Source: Octopus sinensis (Eukaryota). Taken from it: DNA of 64,000 bases. Under the pieces are notes generated by a model. It was not told where the DNA came from. It was given only the letters and a program-made list of their open reading frames with translations, and searched no databases. Location: positions 103,602,001-103,666,000 of the forward strand of contig NC_042997.1 in the NCBI RefSeq assembly GCF_006345805.1. Reading direction: 5' to 3'. Made by a program: the position numbers and the translations under genes. This document shows positions 40,201-54,845 of this stretch, piece after piece. Within the stretch, counting starts at the first letter, position 1. The number at the start of each line of letters is the position of its first letter.

Positions 40201-41103
40201 CTCAGACAGCCACATTACTAAATATCTAAATATTTTCCTCCCCGAGCTATAAGGCATCAATTAACACTTTGGAGAATGAACCGCATTTGGAGTCATAGTG
40301 TCAAGAACCCCTTTTCAGAAGCTCCACAGAGGGCATGCACTTAATTAAAAAAAATATATATATAATGTAATGTAATTACTTTATATATATAAAACTATAT
40401 CTGTTCTTGTAGGAAATTGAATGAACTAATACAGTTTTCTTCGTCATTGACTTTTTGGTCGATAGATCGGTCCTGTCATCTCCTAAGGGTTAATGTCTCC
40501 ATATTCCAAACCAGCACACTTTAACATTGTCATCACTTGTCACTCAAAACTTCACAGAGCTATAACTATCTCTAGTCACTGCATTCTCAGGCATCTCACC
40601 CTATGATCTTTTATCACCCATTAATTTCATACAGCCTGCTAGCTCCGTAGCTTCCCAATCTGCAGTCAAGCTTTCTAGAGAATCTCTAATAAATCTGAAG
40701 AATTTTCTTAGACTATGTGTTTGCTGGAATTATAAATTTAGCCATCAGTTCTTGTTATATCCATTGGTCCGAGTATTTCTACTAGAGAAGATGGCGAAAC
40801 ACCTGTATCCCAGAAATCCTTGTATTCATGAATCGAGTGTGCTACGAACACATAGTCGTCGTCAAGGAGAAGCTTCCTCCTGTGACAGCATTTTAATCTG
40901 CAGGAACGTATAAACAACAAATATGCAAGACATTGTTCGCTTCTCGCTGTTCACGTGCACAAAACGATTTATTATAACTACACACACATACTTATTATAT
41001 ATAGTATATATATATATATAGATATATATATATATATACATAATATATATACATATATATACCTATATACATATATATGTACACACACACGTGCTATATA
41101 TAT

Positions 41104-41134
<31 letters not shown>

Positions 41135-41689
41135 TATATCACACACATTTATCCATACATACACACACGCACACGCATATATATATAGTCATAAATGACA
41201 GAGAAATAGTATGATGAAATTTTATTTAACGATAAGCAAATTCTAATATTACGACAAATTGTTTCGTAACTTAAAAACATGTAAATGATTTATATCATTA
41301 TATTTTATAATAAATAAACTACTTAAGTGTATGCATTAATGCAAAAATGCAAATAATCCTTCAAAATCATATCTATCACTTGAGGAGGCAGCTTAAATTC
41401 TGCATTATTTGGGAAGATATTTTGCATTAATGTACACATGTAAGTAATTTATTTATTATTAAATATATTATAAATGTTTACATATTTTAAAGTTACGAGT
41501 AATTTATTGTGATATTAGAATTTTCTTATTGCTAAATCAAATTTTATCAAATTATTTCTCTGACATTCATGACTTTATACACTCCTTATGATTTTCTCTT
41601 TTATCGTACCATATATTCTATATATTCTTTCTTATGATTACTACCGGATTACATCAATCCGTATATTGTGAATTAAATATATATATAAA

Positions 41690-41998
41690 AGGGTAAAGGA
41701 TTTAGTCAGGGATGATCATGGGATTGCACGTAGAAAGTTCTCCTCCGAGGCACAAGTCTGGGCAAGGTTGTTTATAGAAGACCAGCAGTCACCCAAGCAT
41801 ACCAGCCTCCCCTCTCCACCCCAACCATTTTATCCAAGGGAAAGGCAAAGGCCGATACAGCTTGGCACCAGTGACGCTGCAACTTATTTCTACAGCTGAG
41901 TGAACTGGAGCACCGTGAAATGAAGTGACTTGCTCAAGAACACAACACATAGCCCAGGAATCGAACCCGGCACTCTAATCACTGAGCCATGCGCCTTC
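41690..41998 (-). mobile_element. SINE family B
   Basis: Full head, core and tail on the minus strand. Confidence 0.85.
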
Positions 41999-42110
41999 AC
42001 ACACACACACACATGGAAGAACTTGAAGACATTTGACAAAATATATTCAATTTGTAGCATTCATGTTTAGCATTTATTTCACCAGACTATTTCATTACTT
42101 AGAGTTTGAG

Positions 42111-42210
42111 NNNNNNNNNNNNNNNNNNNNNNNNNNNNNNNNNNNNNNNNNNNNNNNNNNNNNNNNNNNNNNNNNNNNNNNNNNNNNNNNNNNNNNNNNN
42201 NNNNNNNNNN
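42111..42210. other. Assembly gap (100 N)
   Basis: Run of 100 N. Confidence 1.
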
Positions 42211-42446
42211 GCAAGCAAACAAAATTGGAAACAAATGCAGCCGAAGTCAATGCAAGAATGGTCAAGGAAGACAGAAATATGGAAAAAGCAGAAGGGGGTT
42301 AAATGAGAGTCATACGAATGCAAACATACAAATAAACGAATACACGTTCAAACAGTTCTTTCTTTCTTTCTTTCTCTTTCTTTCTTTCTTTCTTTCTCCC
42401 AGGAAGAGTAGATATACAGAATTAAATGATCGAGCCGTGTGCCTAT

Positions 42447-43144
42447 ACTCTTTACTCTTTTATTCTTTTACTTGTTTCAGTCATGTGACTGTGGCCATGC
42501 TGGAGCACCGCCTTTAGTCGAGCAAATCGACCCCATGACTTATTCTTTGTAAGCCTAGTACTTATTCTATCGGTCTCTCTCCTTTTTGGCTGAACCGCTA
42601 AGTTGCGGAGACGTAAACGAACCAGCATCGGTTGTCAAGCGATGTTGGGGGGACAAACATGCACATACACACACATATATATACATATATACGACGGGCT
42701 TCTTTCAGTTTCCGTCTACCAAATCCACAAGTCTTTGGTCGGCCCGAGGCTATAGTAGAAGACACTTCTACTATAGGTGCCACGCAGTGGGACTGAACCC
42801 GGAACCATGTGGTTCGTAAGCAAGCTACTTACCACACAGCCACTCCTATGCCTATGTGTATGTGTGTGTATATATATTCTTTTATTCCTTTACTTGTTCC
42901 GGCCAGTTGACTGCGGCTATGCTGGAGCACGGCCTTTAGTCGAACAAATTGACTCCAGAATTTATTGTTTACACGCCTAGTACTTATTCTATCGGTTCTC
43001 TTTTGCTAAACCGCTAAGTTACGGGGACGTAAACACAGCAACATCGGTTTTCAAGCGATGGTAGGCGGGAACACAAACACAGACACAGAAATGCACACAC
43101 ACACACATGTATGTGCGTACATGCTTGTAAGCGAATATATGCAC

Positions 43145-43175
<31 letters not shown>

Positions 43176-43718
43176 TGTATGTATGTATGTATGTATGTAT
43201 GTATGTATGTATGTATGTATGTATGTATGTATGTATGTGTGTGTGCATGTATGCTTGTACTCTTTTACTCTTTTACTTCTTTTTGTTATTTGACTGAGGC
43301 CATGCTGAAGCAACGCCTTGAAGGGTTTTAGTCGAACAAATCGACCCCAGAAATTAATTACTTTTAAGCTTAGTACTGATCGGTCTTTTGCTGAACTGCT
43401 AAAGTTACGGAGACGCAAATACACCAACACTGGTTGTCAAGCGGTGGTGTGGCAGGGAGGGGACGGTAAACACACACACGCACACACACACAAACAACAC
43501 ACACACACACACCAACACACACATATACCAAAACACACACACACACACATATACATGAGGGGCTTCTTTTAAATTTCCGTCTACCAAATCCACTCACAAG
43601 GTTTTGGCCGACCCGAGGCTATAATAGAAGATACTTGCCCAAGGTTCCATGCAGTGGGTCTGAACCCATGACCATGTGATTGGGAAGGGAAGCAAGCTTC
43701 TTATCATGCAGCCGTTTC
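42447..43718 (-). mobile_element. Three head-to-tail SINE family A copies (42447-42853, 42877-43100 partial, 43258-43718)
   Basis: Repeated tail, body and head motifs separated by (GTAT)n. Confidence 0.85.
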
Positions 43719-43745
43719 TTGTGTGTTTGTTTGTATGTCCGTATG

Positions 43746-43815
<70 letters not shown>

Positions 43816-43877
43816 GCGTGTGTGTATTGCTGGTTCGGCGCCGTATTTCGTTATGCATCAATAATATACTAGCCAAT

Positions 43878-44410
43878 AAGGCGGCGTGCTGGCAGAAACG
43901 TTAGCACGCCGGGCGAAATGCTTAGCGGTGTTTCGTTTGTCTTTATGATTAAAGACGGACGAAATGCCGCTAAGAATTTTCCCTTCTCGCCACCTTTATA
44001 TACTACCAAGTAAGACGGCAACCTGGCAGAAACGTTAGCACGCTGGGAGAAATGCTTAGTGGTATTTCGTCTGCCGTTACGTTCTGGGTTCAAATTCCGC
44101 TGAGGTCGACTTTGCCTTTCATCCTTTCGGGGTCGATAAATTAAGTACCAGTTACGCACTGGGGTCGATGTAATCGACTTAATCCGTTTGTCTGTCCTTG
44201 TTTGTCCCCTCTATGTTTAGCCCCTTGTGGGTAGTAAAGAAATAGGTATTTCGTCTGTTTTTACGTTCTGAGTACAAATTCCACCTAGGTCAATTTTGCC
44301 TTTCATCCTTTCGGGGTCAATGAATTAAGTACCAGTTGTGTATTGGGGTCATTCTAATCGATTGCCCTCTGCCTCCCCAAAAGTTTCGGGCCTTGTTTCG
44401 GGACTTATGT
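43878..44410 (+). mobile_element. SINE family C cluster: truncated head, then head plus two body units
   Basis: After the first body the sequence returns to GAAATAGGTATTTCGTCTG...TTACGTTCTGAG and repeats the core. Confidence 0.85.
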
Positions 44411-44549
44411 CAATGCTGTGTCCTGCCTATGTAGGCAGTGCGATTCAATCACTTTTTAAAGGTATTTCTATTGATTTCATGAAAGTTTCCACGTTTCGTA
44501 TATGAATACATCTATGTAAACAATTCGATGGACAATAGAAAAAGTAAGT

Positions 44550-44852
44550 GATCACGGTGACCGACCAGGCTATCAGATGTTGCTACACATCTCTGGTCAA
44601 AATGCTCTTCGCATTGTTTTAGCCTTCAAATGACGCCACCCCGCTGGCTAAGCGAGCAGGCCAACAGAAGGATGAGTGAGAGAAAGTTGTGACGAAAGAG
44701 TACAGTAGGGATCGCCACCACCCTCTGCCGGAGCCTCGTGGAGCTTTAGGTGTTTTCACTCAATAAACAATCACAACGCCCGGTCTGGGAATCGAAACCG
44801 CGATCCTACGACCGCGAGTCCGCTGCCCTAGCCACTGGGCCATTGCGCCTCT
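44550..44852 (-). mobile_element. SINE family D, tail type 2
   Basis: Complete head and body. Imperfect TSD AGAAAAA(G)TAAGT at 44537-44549 and 44855-44866. Confidence 0.85.
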
Positions 44853-45166
44853 ACAGAAAAATAAGTATTGAGTAAATATGCAAATTTCAGGAGTTATTGC
44901 TCTTTCTTCCGCACCATATCCAACCCATTAAACCCACAAACCATTAAATTTAGCTGCGTAACACAACTGAATATATCAATTTTATATTTTAAGCACATTC
45001 CTGTCAGCCTGTACGTAGATATAAATTGCTTGTAGGGTGACCATATTTCTTTATACCACCATAATATACTGCCAGGTAGTTTAAGTAACGACTTGACTCG
45101 GACTCTATTTAACTATATTTTGGGACTCTTGGGACGGATTCATCTTGTAAGATATCGTAAGATATA

Positions 45167-45391
45167 TTCTTTTATTCTTTTACTTGTTTCAGTCATTTGA
45201 CTGCGGCCATGCTGGAGCACTGCATTTAGTCGAAGAAATCGACCTCAGGACTCCATTCTTTGTAAATCTGGTACTTATTCTATCGGTCTGTTTGGCCGAA
45301 CCGCTAAGTTACGGGGACGTAAAACACCAGCATCGGTTGTCAAGCGATGGTGGGGATGGGGAGCAAACAGACACACACGCAAATATATATG

Positions 45392-45484
<93 letters not shown>

Positions 45485-45602
45485 GTACAACGGGCTTCTT
45501 TCAGTTCCGTCTACCAGACCCACTCATAAGCCTTTGGTCTGCCCGAGGCTATTGTAGAAGACACTTCCCCAAGCTTCTTACTACACAGCCATGCCTGCGC
45601 CT
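45167..45602 (-). mobile_element. SINE family A
   Basis: Family motifs with a central (TA)n. Part of the head is deleted. Confidence 0.85.
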
Positions 45603-45761
45603 ATATGTAGATATCTGATGAGATTTTTCCGTCCTACGCGCTCACGCACCTGAAAGTCATGTAACGCTGAATGAAACTGTTATTAAAAGTTATATGTAAT
45701 TCGTACCAAATTTAGTGATAATTTCTTTCGTTTGTCCATACACTCACATACATATATATAA

Positions 45762-45890
<129 letters not shown>

Positions 45891-46918
45891 ACTCAGTTCT
45901 ATATTACTTAGAGCTCTGTGGCCATAGAACACTTGCATATAATCAGATATTTGAAGACAGAAGAGAGAGAATTGAAAAAAAAATGGCTTCTAGTGAGAGA
46001 ATTCAGGTTTCCACTGCTCAGTTCAGATAACGTTATTTTCTTCTCATCCACAATATTACAGACATTCCATAAATATATATTTATGTATGTAAAAATGTAC
46101 ACAGCATTTATGTATATACCTGTGTGTGTATATATGTATATGGATATACATACATATTTGCACATTCACACACACACACAATTCATGTTTATTAATCGTA
46201 TACACTGATGAGAGATGACAAGACCAAAATACCCCTTAACTGTCACTTAGCTCATTAACAAAGATCAAACTTTTAACTTCTAATCTCTTACTAATATCCA
46301 TATCCTCTGATTGAGAAAGCTTGAAATGTCGAGAGTTTCATACAATAAGTAGAAATCAAGTACTGGGGTCGATGTCTTTGTAATATCAGACAAAATTTTT
46401 ATAGTTTTCTGCTAATATTAGAAATTCATGATTTCATATAAAGCGGAAATACCTGTTGACGTGTATTATGGTGATGATACATGTTTATCCTATATGATTC
46501 CATTTATAATTTTATGGACATTAAAGCGTACCAGCAAATAATGGTGAAAAAATATATATATAAAACTCAGTGACCGCAACAACAGTATGGACAATTCCTT
46601 GCTTCACACATACGTAAATAATATATTGAGCACGCTGTCTGGGTTCGATAACAGTAAGAAATTCATTATACTTTAATTACAACTTGTGTCACTGAGTTCT
46701 GTTACAACAAATTACTTGGAAAGGAATGTCTGCCTGAGCAAAAGTAGTAGAGATGAGTTAAATCAAGAATTACAGAAGAGCTTTTTACAGAAACCACACT
46801 GAATTTATTTTAAAGTTTATCAAATCTGATTCCAGTTTGTCTTCGGTATCTTTATCTGGACATTTCTGTATGTAGAGTTTTCTCTAAACATACACGCACG
46901 AATGCGCACTCACCCACA

Positions 46919-47002
<84 letters not shown>

Positions 47003-47622
47003 GAGTGAGAGAAAAAACGAAAACATCACGCAACATTTCTTGTTGGAGAAACATACAATACTAATAGTTTGACTCAGCTTCACATTGCATAGAACATTTG
47101 CTCATCATCAGATATTTGAAGACAAAGGAGAGAGAATTGTGAAGAAAATCTTTGACAGGGTTTCATTACTCATTTGTCAACCACACTACCTTGAGAAACT
47201 GCACATATCCCACCAGCCCGCAGTAGTCATCTAATGATAATAGTTACTTGGTCTTTATTATTACCACAAAAGGTACGCCCGTTCTTGATCTTCAAGACGT
47301 TGGGCACCGATAAGCTGGGTATGCCACACTTACCGTATCTCGCCTGAGCTCATTAGCAGGTGATATTACAGGCTACACTGAATACCATACAGAATGACGA
47401 ATGTCCAGTCACTAGTATCCTAAGCAAGGAACTTATGTCGCTGAAATATCCCATCCTACCAGATGTCGTCTAAGTGACGCCAACATTCTGTATACTCCAC
47501 TATAGGGACTTGCCCATAGAATAATGTTGCCATTATAGTAAAATCAACCACTTGACCTGAATTGACTAATGGAGACTTACGTAATCTTACTTAGAAGCCA
47601 TTTGAAATTTTGTGGCTATATA

Positions 47623-48011
47623 TCTTTTATCTTTTACTTGCTTCGGTCATTAGACTGCGGTCATGCTGAGGCAACGCCTTGAAGAATTTTATTTGAATGA
47701 ATTGACTACAGTACTAACATTTTAGATCTGGTACTTATTCTATCGGTGTCTTTTGCCGAACCGCTATATTACAGGGACGTAAACACGCCAACACCGATTG
47801 TCAAGCGGTGGCAGGAGAAACACAGACACAAAGACACAAACATAGAGATATAGATATATACGACTAACTTCTTTCAGTTTCTGTCTACCAAATCCACTCA
47901 CAAGGTTTTGGTCGGCCCGAGACTATAGTAGAAAGCAGTTGCCCAAGGTATCACGCAGTGGGCCTGAAACCGGAACCATGAGACTGAGAAACAAACTTCT
48001 TGCTACATAAC
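47623..48011 (-). mobile_element. SINE family A
   Basis: Family motifs. Confidence 0.8.
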
Positions 48012-48094
48012 ACATAAATATGCATACACACATGCATACATACATACATACATACATACATACATACATACATACATACATACATACATACATA

Positions 48095-49325
48095 CAGGGG
48101 ATGGACGAAATAATGGAAACACCTTAAAATTTCAAACAAATTAATTTTTATATAGGGTAGGACCGTCTTTCGTAGTAATTACAGCTTGAATTCTACGTGG
48201 TATGGACTCGTACAAAGTTTGAATTGTTTCGAAAGGAATTTTTACCCATTCTTCAGTTAAAACAGTCTTCATTTCTTGTAGAGATAATGGTGGAGGATAT
48301 CGACCCCTTACTTGGTTTTCTAAAATACACCATGAATCTTCAATAATATTGAGATCTGGGGACTGTGGTGGCCAAATAAGATGTTCAACTTCACTCGTGC
48401 CAATCAGTAACAACTTTAGTTGTGTGAATTGGTGTATTATCATCCAGAAAGATTGCGTTTCCTCCAGAAACAGTTCCGCAACCATAGTATGAATTTGATC
48501 GGATAAAATGTTTAAATAGTCTTGACTATTAATTCTGCTCGAAGGGAAACTATTGGGCCGGCGGATTTCCAAGATATAGCCCCCCCCCCCCCAGATCATC
48601 ACAGATCCTCTTCCATGTTTGGCAGTTAGAAGAAGGCAGTCTGTGTCAAATGCTTCTTTTGGCTGTCTCCACACGTATACTCATCCGGTGGCCGGAAATA
48701 AGGCAAAGGATGACTCGGCCGAGGAAATAACATTTTTCCACTGCTCTAGGGAGCAATTGTGTAGGTTTTTACTCCACTCAAAGCGCTTTGCAACGTTTGT
48801 TTTTGAAAGTAGTGGTTTTCTGATTGCAGCCCTCCCGTGAAATCCGGCTTTGTGCCGCTCCCGGTGAACAGATTTTGTGCAGACTGGGTCCTCGAGGTGG
48901 TCAATAAGCTCTGCAGTAATTTTGGGTGCTATACTTTTGTTCTCTTTTCTAACAATTCGCGTAAGAGTCCGACGGTCCCTATCTGAAAGTTTTGGTTTTC
49001 TTCCGGAGTTTTGTTTCCCTCTTTCTCAAAGTCAGATCTTCTTGATACACGAAACATTTCGGCTTTTTTCGTTACGCTAGCGCCGATCATACGATCACCG
49101 ACAATTTGACCTCTTTGAAAGTCCGCTAGATATGTCATTTTAATGAATTTTAATAACCTTTTTCTAATGATATCTGAAAAGAAACAGCAATTTTAGCAAA
49201 ACATATTAAGCAACACTAATAATAAATCAAAAAACAAAACTAAACAAGCTATTAACGGTTTTATAGATATTTCAAAATTATGATGCTTTGATGCTAGGTG
49301 TTTCCATTATTTTGTCCAACTCCTG
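48095..49325 (-). mobile_element. Tc1 (DD34E) transposon, short TIRs, decayed transposase
   Basis: TA|CAGGGGATGGACGAAATAATGGAAACACCT...AGGTGTTTCCATTATTTTGTCCAACTCCTG|TA. Minus MTYLADFQRGQIVG (49138), [27 protein letters not shown]. Inserted in (TACA)n. Confidence 0.9.
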
Positions 49326-49333
49326 TACATACA

Positions 49334-49374
<41 letters not shown>

Positions 49375-49440
49375 CATATACATATATATATATACATATA
49401 TATAAATTAATCAAAATAAAAACATGATGCCAAGAATTCA

Positions 49441-49518
49441 GCGGTACATATGTTTCGGGCCTTTATTAGACGTATTTATAACAATGCATAATGTATGTCT
49501 GTGGCCTTCTTCAGCCGC
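49441..49518 (-). ncRNA. Type-I hammerhead ribozyme, same family as the 30.4-kb palindrome
   Basis: GCGG CTGAAGA A GGCC ... GGCC C GAAAC ATAT GTA CCGC is identical in core and stems, while the surrounding 49405-49615 arm differs at many positions. Confidence 0.8.
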
Positions 49519-49714
49519 GTACAACAACTTTCACAAGGACATGTATTGCATCAAAAATTCTTGGTTGGGGATGCAAATCCTCTCACTCGCGTACGACATA
49601 ATGCGACAACAGCATATGTATATACATATATATATACATATATATATACATAATCACACACACGCACAAACACACACACACACACACGCACAAACACACA
49701 CACGCACACACACG

Positions 49715-49776
<62 letters not shown>

Positions 49777-50394
49777 ACACACACACACACAACACACACA
49801 CACACATATATATATATTTGTAAGTTCTATACAGCAAAAATCTGAAGTACTGAAATAAAAGTAGGTAAACAAATGCTTTCAGATACTGAACCATATGAAA
49901 ATATAAACGCAATCCTTCTGAGCATTCATTGTATTGAACAAAGATGGGTAGTTTTCTGACGGACCGCCTCCTGACTTGTGCTCGCTCTCAGAAAAAGCTT
50001 ATCCAATCTTCTTAAATGTATCAACAGAAGAAAGTGTTAACCTGCGTCACAAAGCAGCTGGCAATATGACCATTACCATGGTGTATACTTCATATACATA
50101 TTTGTACTTTAGAAGGCTTTATATGACACATCTTAAAGTAAACTAATATATTTTATGCACAACAATGCGTCGATTTGAAGTACTAGATTGAATTTTGTGA
50201 ATTGTTGGTCGCTCCACAGAAAAATACCCAATATTCTTCACCAGTTGATACCAAAGAGTGTTCGTTTCCCAAATAAAGTGGTTGTTGATTAAGTTACTGT
50301 AGTAGGTAGCTTAATTTGTATATTCATGCTTTAGACAGCTCGTCATTTGTTAAATCCACATATAGAAATACATATATTAGTTTCAAATATTTAC

Positions 50395-50622
50395 TTCTTT
50401 ATTGCCCACTGGGGGCTAAACATAGAGGGGACAAACAAGGACAGATAAAGGGATTAAATTGATTACGTCGACCCAGTGCGTAACTGGTACTTATTTAATC
50501 GACCCCGAAAGAATGAAATACAAATTCGACCTCGGCGGAATTTGAACTCAGAACGTAACGGCAGACGAAATACATCTAAGCATTTCGCCCGGCATCCTAA
50601 CGATTCTGCCAGATTGCCGCCC
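50395..50622 (-). mobile_element. SINE family C
   Basis: Head, core and tail on the minus strand. Confidence 0.85.
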
Positions 50623-50713
50623 AATTAGTTTCAAATAGCTGAACTCATAACGTGAAGATCCGACGATACCGTTAAGTACCTTGCATTTGCACGGAAATAT
50701 ATATATGTATATA

Positions 50714-50813
50714 GTCGCAGGTGTGGCTATGAGGTAAGTAACTTACCTCCCAACAAGTTGGTTCCGGGTTCAGTCTCACTGCGTGCGTGTGTGTGTGTGT
50801 TTGTGTGTGTGTA

Positions 50814-50867
<54 letters not shown>

Positions 50868-51073
50868 TGTGTCTCTGTCTGTGTTTGTCTCCCCACCATC
50901 GCTTGACAACTGATGTTGGTGTCCGCAAAACTTAGCGGTTCGTCAAAAGAGACCGGTAGAATAAGTAACAAACTTACAAAGAATAAATCCTCTGGTCGAT
51001 TTGCTCGACTAAAGGCGGTGCTCCAGCATGACCACAGTTAAATGACTGAAATAAGTAAAAGAATAAAAGAATA
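50714..51073 (+). mobile_element. SINE family A, body deleted
   Basis: Head joined directly to (TG)n and the 3' half. Confidence 0.8.
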
Positions 51074-51171
51074 CACATATATATGTATATGTGTGTGTAT
51101 GTGTGTGTGTGTATTTATACACACATGCATGCATGTATATATACATGAATACATACATATGCTTATGTATG

Positions 51172-51205
<34 letters not shown>

Positions 51206-52369
51206 CGCACACACGTATATTTACGTATATTTTGTAAGTATTATATATGTCCACATATACAAACAGGGGTGAACATTTTTGATAATATTTCATACCCAAC
51301 AGTTATTACTATTTTCAGAACTACTTAACAGAGCTAGGCGTCTGCATCAGAGTGACCTGATGTGTCACCCCTGTTTAATCGCTCCCTACACCGCTGATGT
51401 ATTATCTATATTAGAGTACTTCTAACCTATCCAGAAGAGTGCAGCTGCTGCTAGCCCAAAAATGTTTGATTTCATTTTCCAATAAACGTCAATTGTCAGC
51501 ACATTGCACCCACATGACAAGCAAAAATACTTTCTTTCTGTGTCTCTTATCGGTACTCTCTTCGCTAGGTAACACTTTGAACAACATCCAGGTAGTGGTG
51601 TTGCGTACGGGAGTTTCAGGGTTTTGAGGAGCGTGGAACCAGAATTATTCCCAGGTCTACTCCGATCTGGAGTAGTAGCACCTGTTAGGGTCTCTGATGT
51701 AGGTTAACTAACATGTGTACCACCCCTTTAAGCCCGGGCTACATCTGCAGCGATAATCGGCTCTGATTTGGTCAGTGAATTCTCTGCAATGGTTGACAAT
51801 CGACGGTAAGATGAGCTGCTCCGGATTACACTATTCCAAAGTGTATATGCATGTGACCAGGGACCACATGTGAACTTGTATTCCCACTGAAACTCCGAGC
51901 ATGATCTCTACTCCTCAACAACGAACGATGACTACGGCTACGACGTCTGCGCTTTAGGACACGTTCACTCTGCTAGTGGAACATTTGTCAAATTTGCAAG
52001 CTGGATATTTGGGCTGCAGGTAGAAGCATTATTTTGCTTACTAGAACGTCAGACCGACCGTCTGATGTGGTGAAATCGTTAGTCCTGAGTAAATATCCCC
52101 ACATGTACAAGTAACTACTGAGCAAGAAATCTACGCACCACATCTATTCAAACTCGTCCAATAAACCTATCAACTTTGTGCCAAACCTAATCTCCGCTAC
52201 TGTGCATTTTTCTCATTTTATCTTTTCTATTACTATAACTCTTTGATAATCATTCTCTGCCATCGTTTTACCTTACACGCCTCGGCGTCAGAAGGGCTTG
52301 TAATTTTATAAGATCTGCACTAAAATATTTAATATCAATTATATTTAGTTTTGCATTAATACATATGTC

Positions 52370-52650
52370 AAATTTTGGCACAAGGCTAACAATTTCGATG
52401 GAGGAAGTAAATCGATTACACCGATCTCAGTGCTCAATTGGTTCTTATTTTATCGACCCCGAAAGGATGAAAGGTACTGTTAATCTCTGCGGAATTTGAA
52501 CTCAGAAGGTAAGGCCGCTAAACATTTCGCTCGGTATGCTAACGATTCTGCAAGCCCGCCGCTTTAAGTTTTGCAATAATATAGACACAGGTTATCAAAG
52601 GTGGCGAGCTGACCGAATCATTAGCACGCCGGCCAAATGCTCTGCGGCAT
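52370..52650. mobile_element. SINE family C copy (minus) plus a divergent head (plus)
   Basis: Family motifs at 52370-52565 (minus) and GGTGGCGAGCTGACCGAATCATTAGCACGCCGGCC at about 52600. Confidence 0.7.
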
Positions 52651-52669
52651 TTGCATATACATATATGCG

Positions 52670-52700
<31 letters not shown>

Positions 52701-52820
52701 AATAATAATATATATATATATATATATATATTTACTTACATATATAGACACCACATAGATACAGCTCTTTATACCTGCGTACTATGTACCACATTATGGT
52801 CTTGCTTAAAATCTATCTAC

Positions 52821-52937
<117 letters not shown>

Positions 52938-54815
52938 AATATATCGTTCTATATTTCTTCGTTCTTCTTTTCTGTCTCTATATAACTAGTTTTTCCCTTT
53001 CTACTCTCTATTTATGTTATTCTCTGAGTAAGTCTTCTCAACTCTCGTTTTCTTTAATTATTCTAATTCACTTCACTCACACTTGTCACCACCACCTTTA
53101 TTTTTCATTATCTAGATATCTTTTCCCTCCACTTTTTTTTTTACCTTCTTTATTACTATTTATTTCACTCTTCGCACACCTTCACCACTTCCGGAACCCC
53201 TCAATTTTCTACTGTTTTTTTTTTTTGTTTTCCTCTTCCTTTCTTCCCTCTCACAAACTTACTTATGCGCAGACTTTCCTACCCTCCTCCTCCTCCTCCT
53301 CCTCCTCTCACTCTTACTCTCTTTGCGTATGTATATTTCTTTCTCCTATTTACCAATTTTCTTATTCTGCCATTCACCCAATCCCTCATTCCCAGCTCTA
53401 AACATCACTGTCTGTAAACTCTCAAAGTACAGTTGTACTTCCTCTATTACTATAATTGTCACGTGACAGACGGCAAATGCACCGAAGTACCTTCCATTTT
53501 GCTCTGCATGTAGTAGAGGTTTTTTCCCTTATCATAAGGAACGCCCACAACTCACGCCTCATTTAAAATAGGGGCCTCAACTATTATTATTCCCCCAAAT
53601 GTATGACCTTGTGCTAAAGTTATTAGTTATGTTATCAATATATTTATTTATTCCCTTTCCTTTTCGTGTGAAAAATATAGCTTTATTAAGGATTAATTCT
53701 CACTGCAAAATTTCTGGTATACCCAAAGCCCTACTTCGGAACTTATTTCTCACCCTTCCTCTATATTTGTGATGAATTCTTTGATTATGTCTTTGTTTCT
53801 GATTTTCAATTTTCTTTCCTTTATTTTTCCTATTCTCTTTCTCTTTCCATTCTCTTTCGTATTTTCTTCCTTATACTTTCTTCAAAGTGGAAAACAGGTG
53901 TCGGGGTACTTTTTTCACCAATTACTCCAAAATATATTTATTTACGCCGATGTTACCCTCTTGATTTAAAAGGAAGAAAATTATAGATTCTTATAACCCA
54001 AAAGGTGTATTGACTCTATTTATACGGAGAATACAATTATAAATATAAAAAATATAAAACAAATGCGATAATATCCTCATTATGAAACAAAAGGATTTTT
54101 CTCGATACTTTTTCACTTCAGGTTTTGGAGAAATGATGTTTCATTTTTGTTACTATTACATAAAAATTGGGGTATTTTGATGCCAGAGCAATCTGGATAC
54201 AGTGTTCGAGGTTCAATCGATTTCATTAAAGGGTTGAAATGAATAACTACTTAAATCTACTTAAACAAAGCGAAAACACGTTTGTCAAAAAATAAGGTTA
54301 ACGCGGATGATAGACAATTGAAAAATAATATCTGTTTAGTCACTTGACAGCACCTTCTCAACTAAATTGTTTGTAGTTCAAAATGGCGTGACGTCTCCTA
54401 AACATGTCCATTACATTAGGCAGATGCAGAAGAAAAATTTCTGTCGTAACAAAGAGTATATCTTTTATGTAATTTTACCTGTCAAATAGTCCTCATTACC
54501 CACCAAAATTTCATTTTTACACCACATAGGTAAACTAGCTGATAAAATAATCTCCAAGAGTTAATAATTCTAAAATTTAAGAGCTGTACATTCTGCTGAC
54601 TAGAAAGATATTTGACATGGAAAATTCAGAATGTTTAAAGGATCGTGCAGTTAGTTATAAGGGCAATAAAATATAATTAGGGAACAAACGGAAATGAATC
54701 CAGTAAACTTAGTGATGCAGTACAGTTGACTTGATCGAAGGGTGAAGTTTATCAGAAGCAAAATGGATAATAATGAAGCACATGAACTTTCTTTGGAAGC
54801 ATTTGGTACTGATGA

Positions 54816-54845
54816 CCCTAACCCTAATCCTAACCCTAACCCTAA
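54816..54845. repeat. Interstitial telomere-like (CCCTAA)5
   Basis: CCCTAA CCCTAA TCCTAA CCCTAA CCCTAA. Confidence 0.8.

Noticed and set aside
40738-40920. RKLLLDDDYVFVAHS resembling the RTE RELLFADD motif
   Set aside because: The neighbouring RTDG-like motif is in the wrong order and similarity is weak.
51330-52150. GC-richer stretch as LINE or exon
   Set aside because: No interpretable ORF or motif order; likely decayed repeats.
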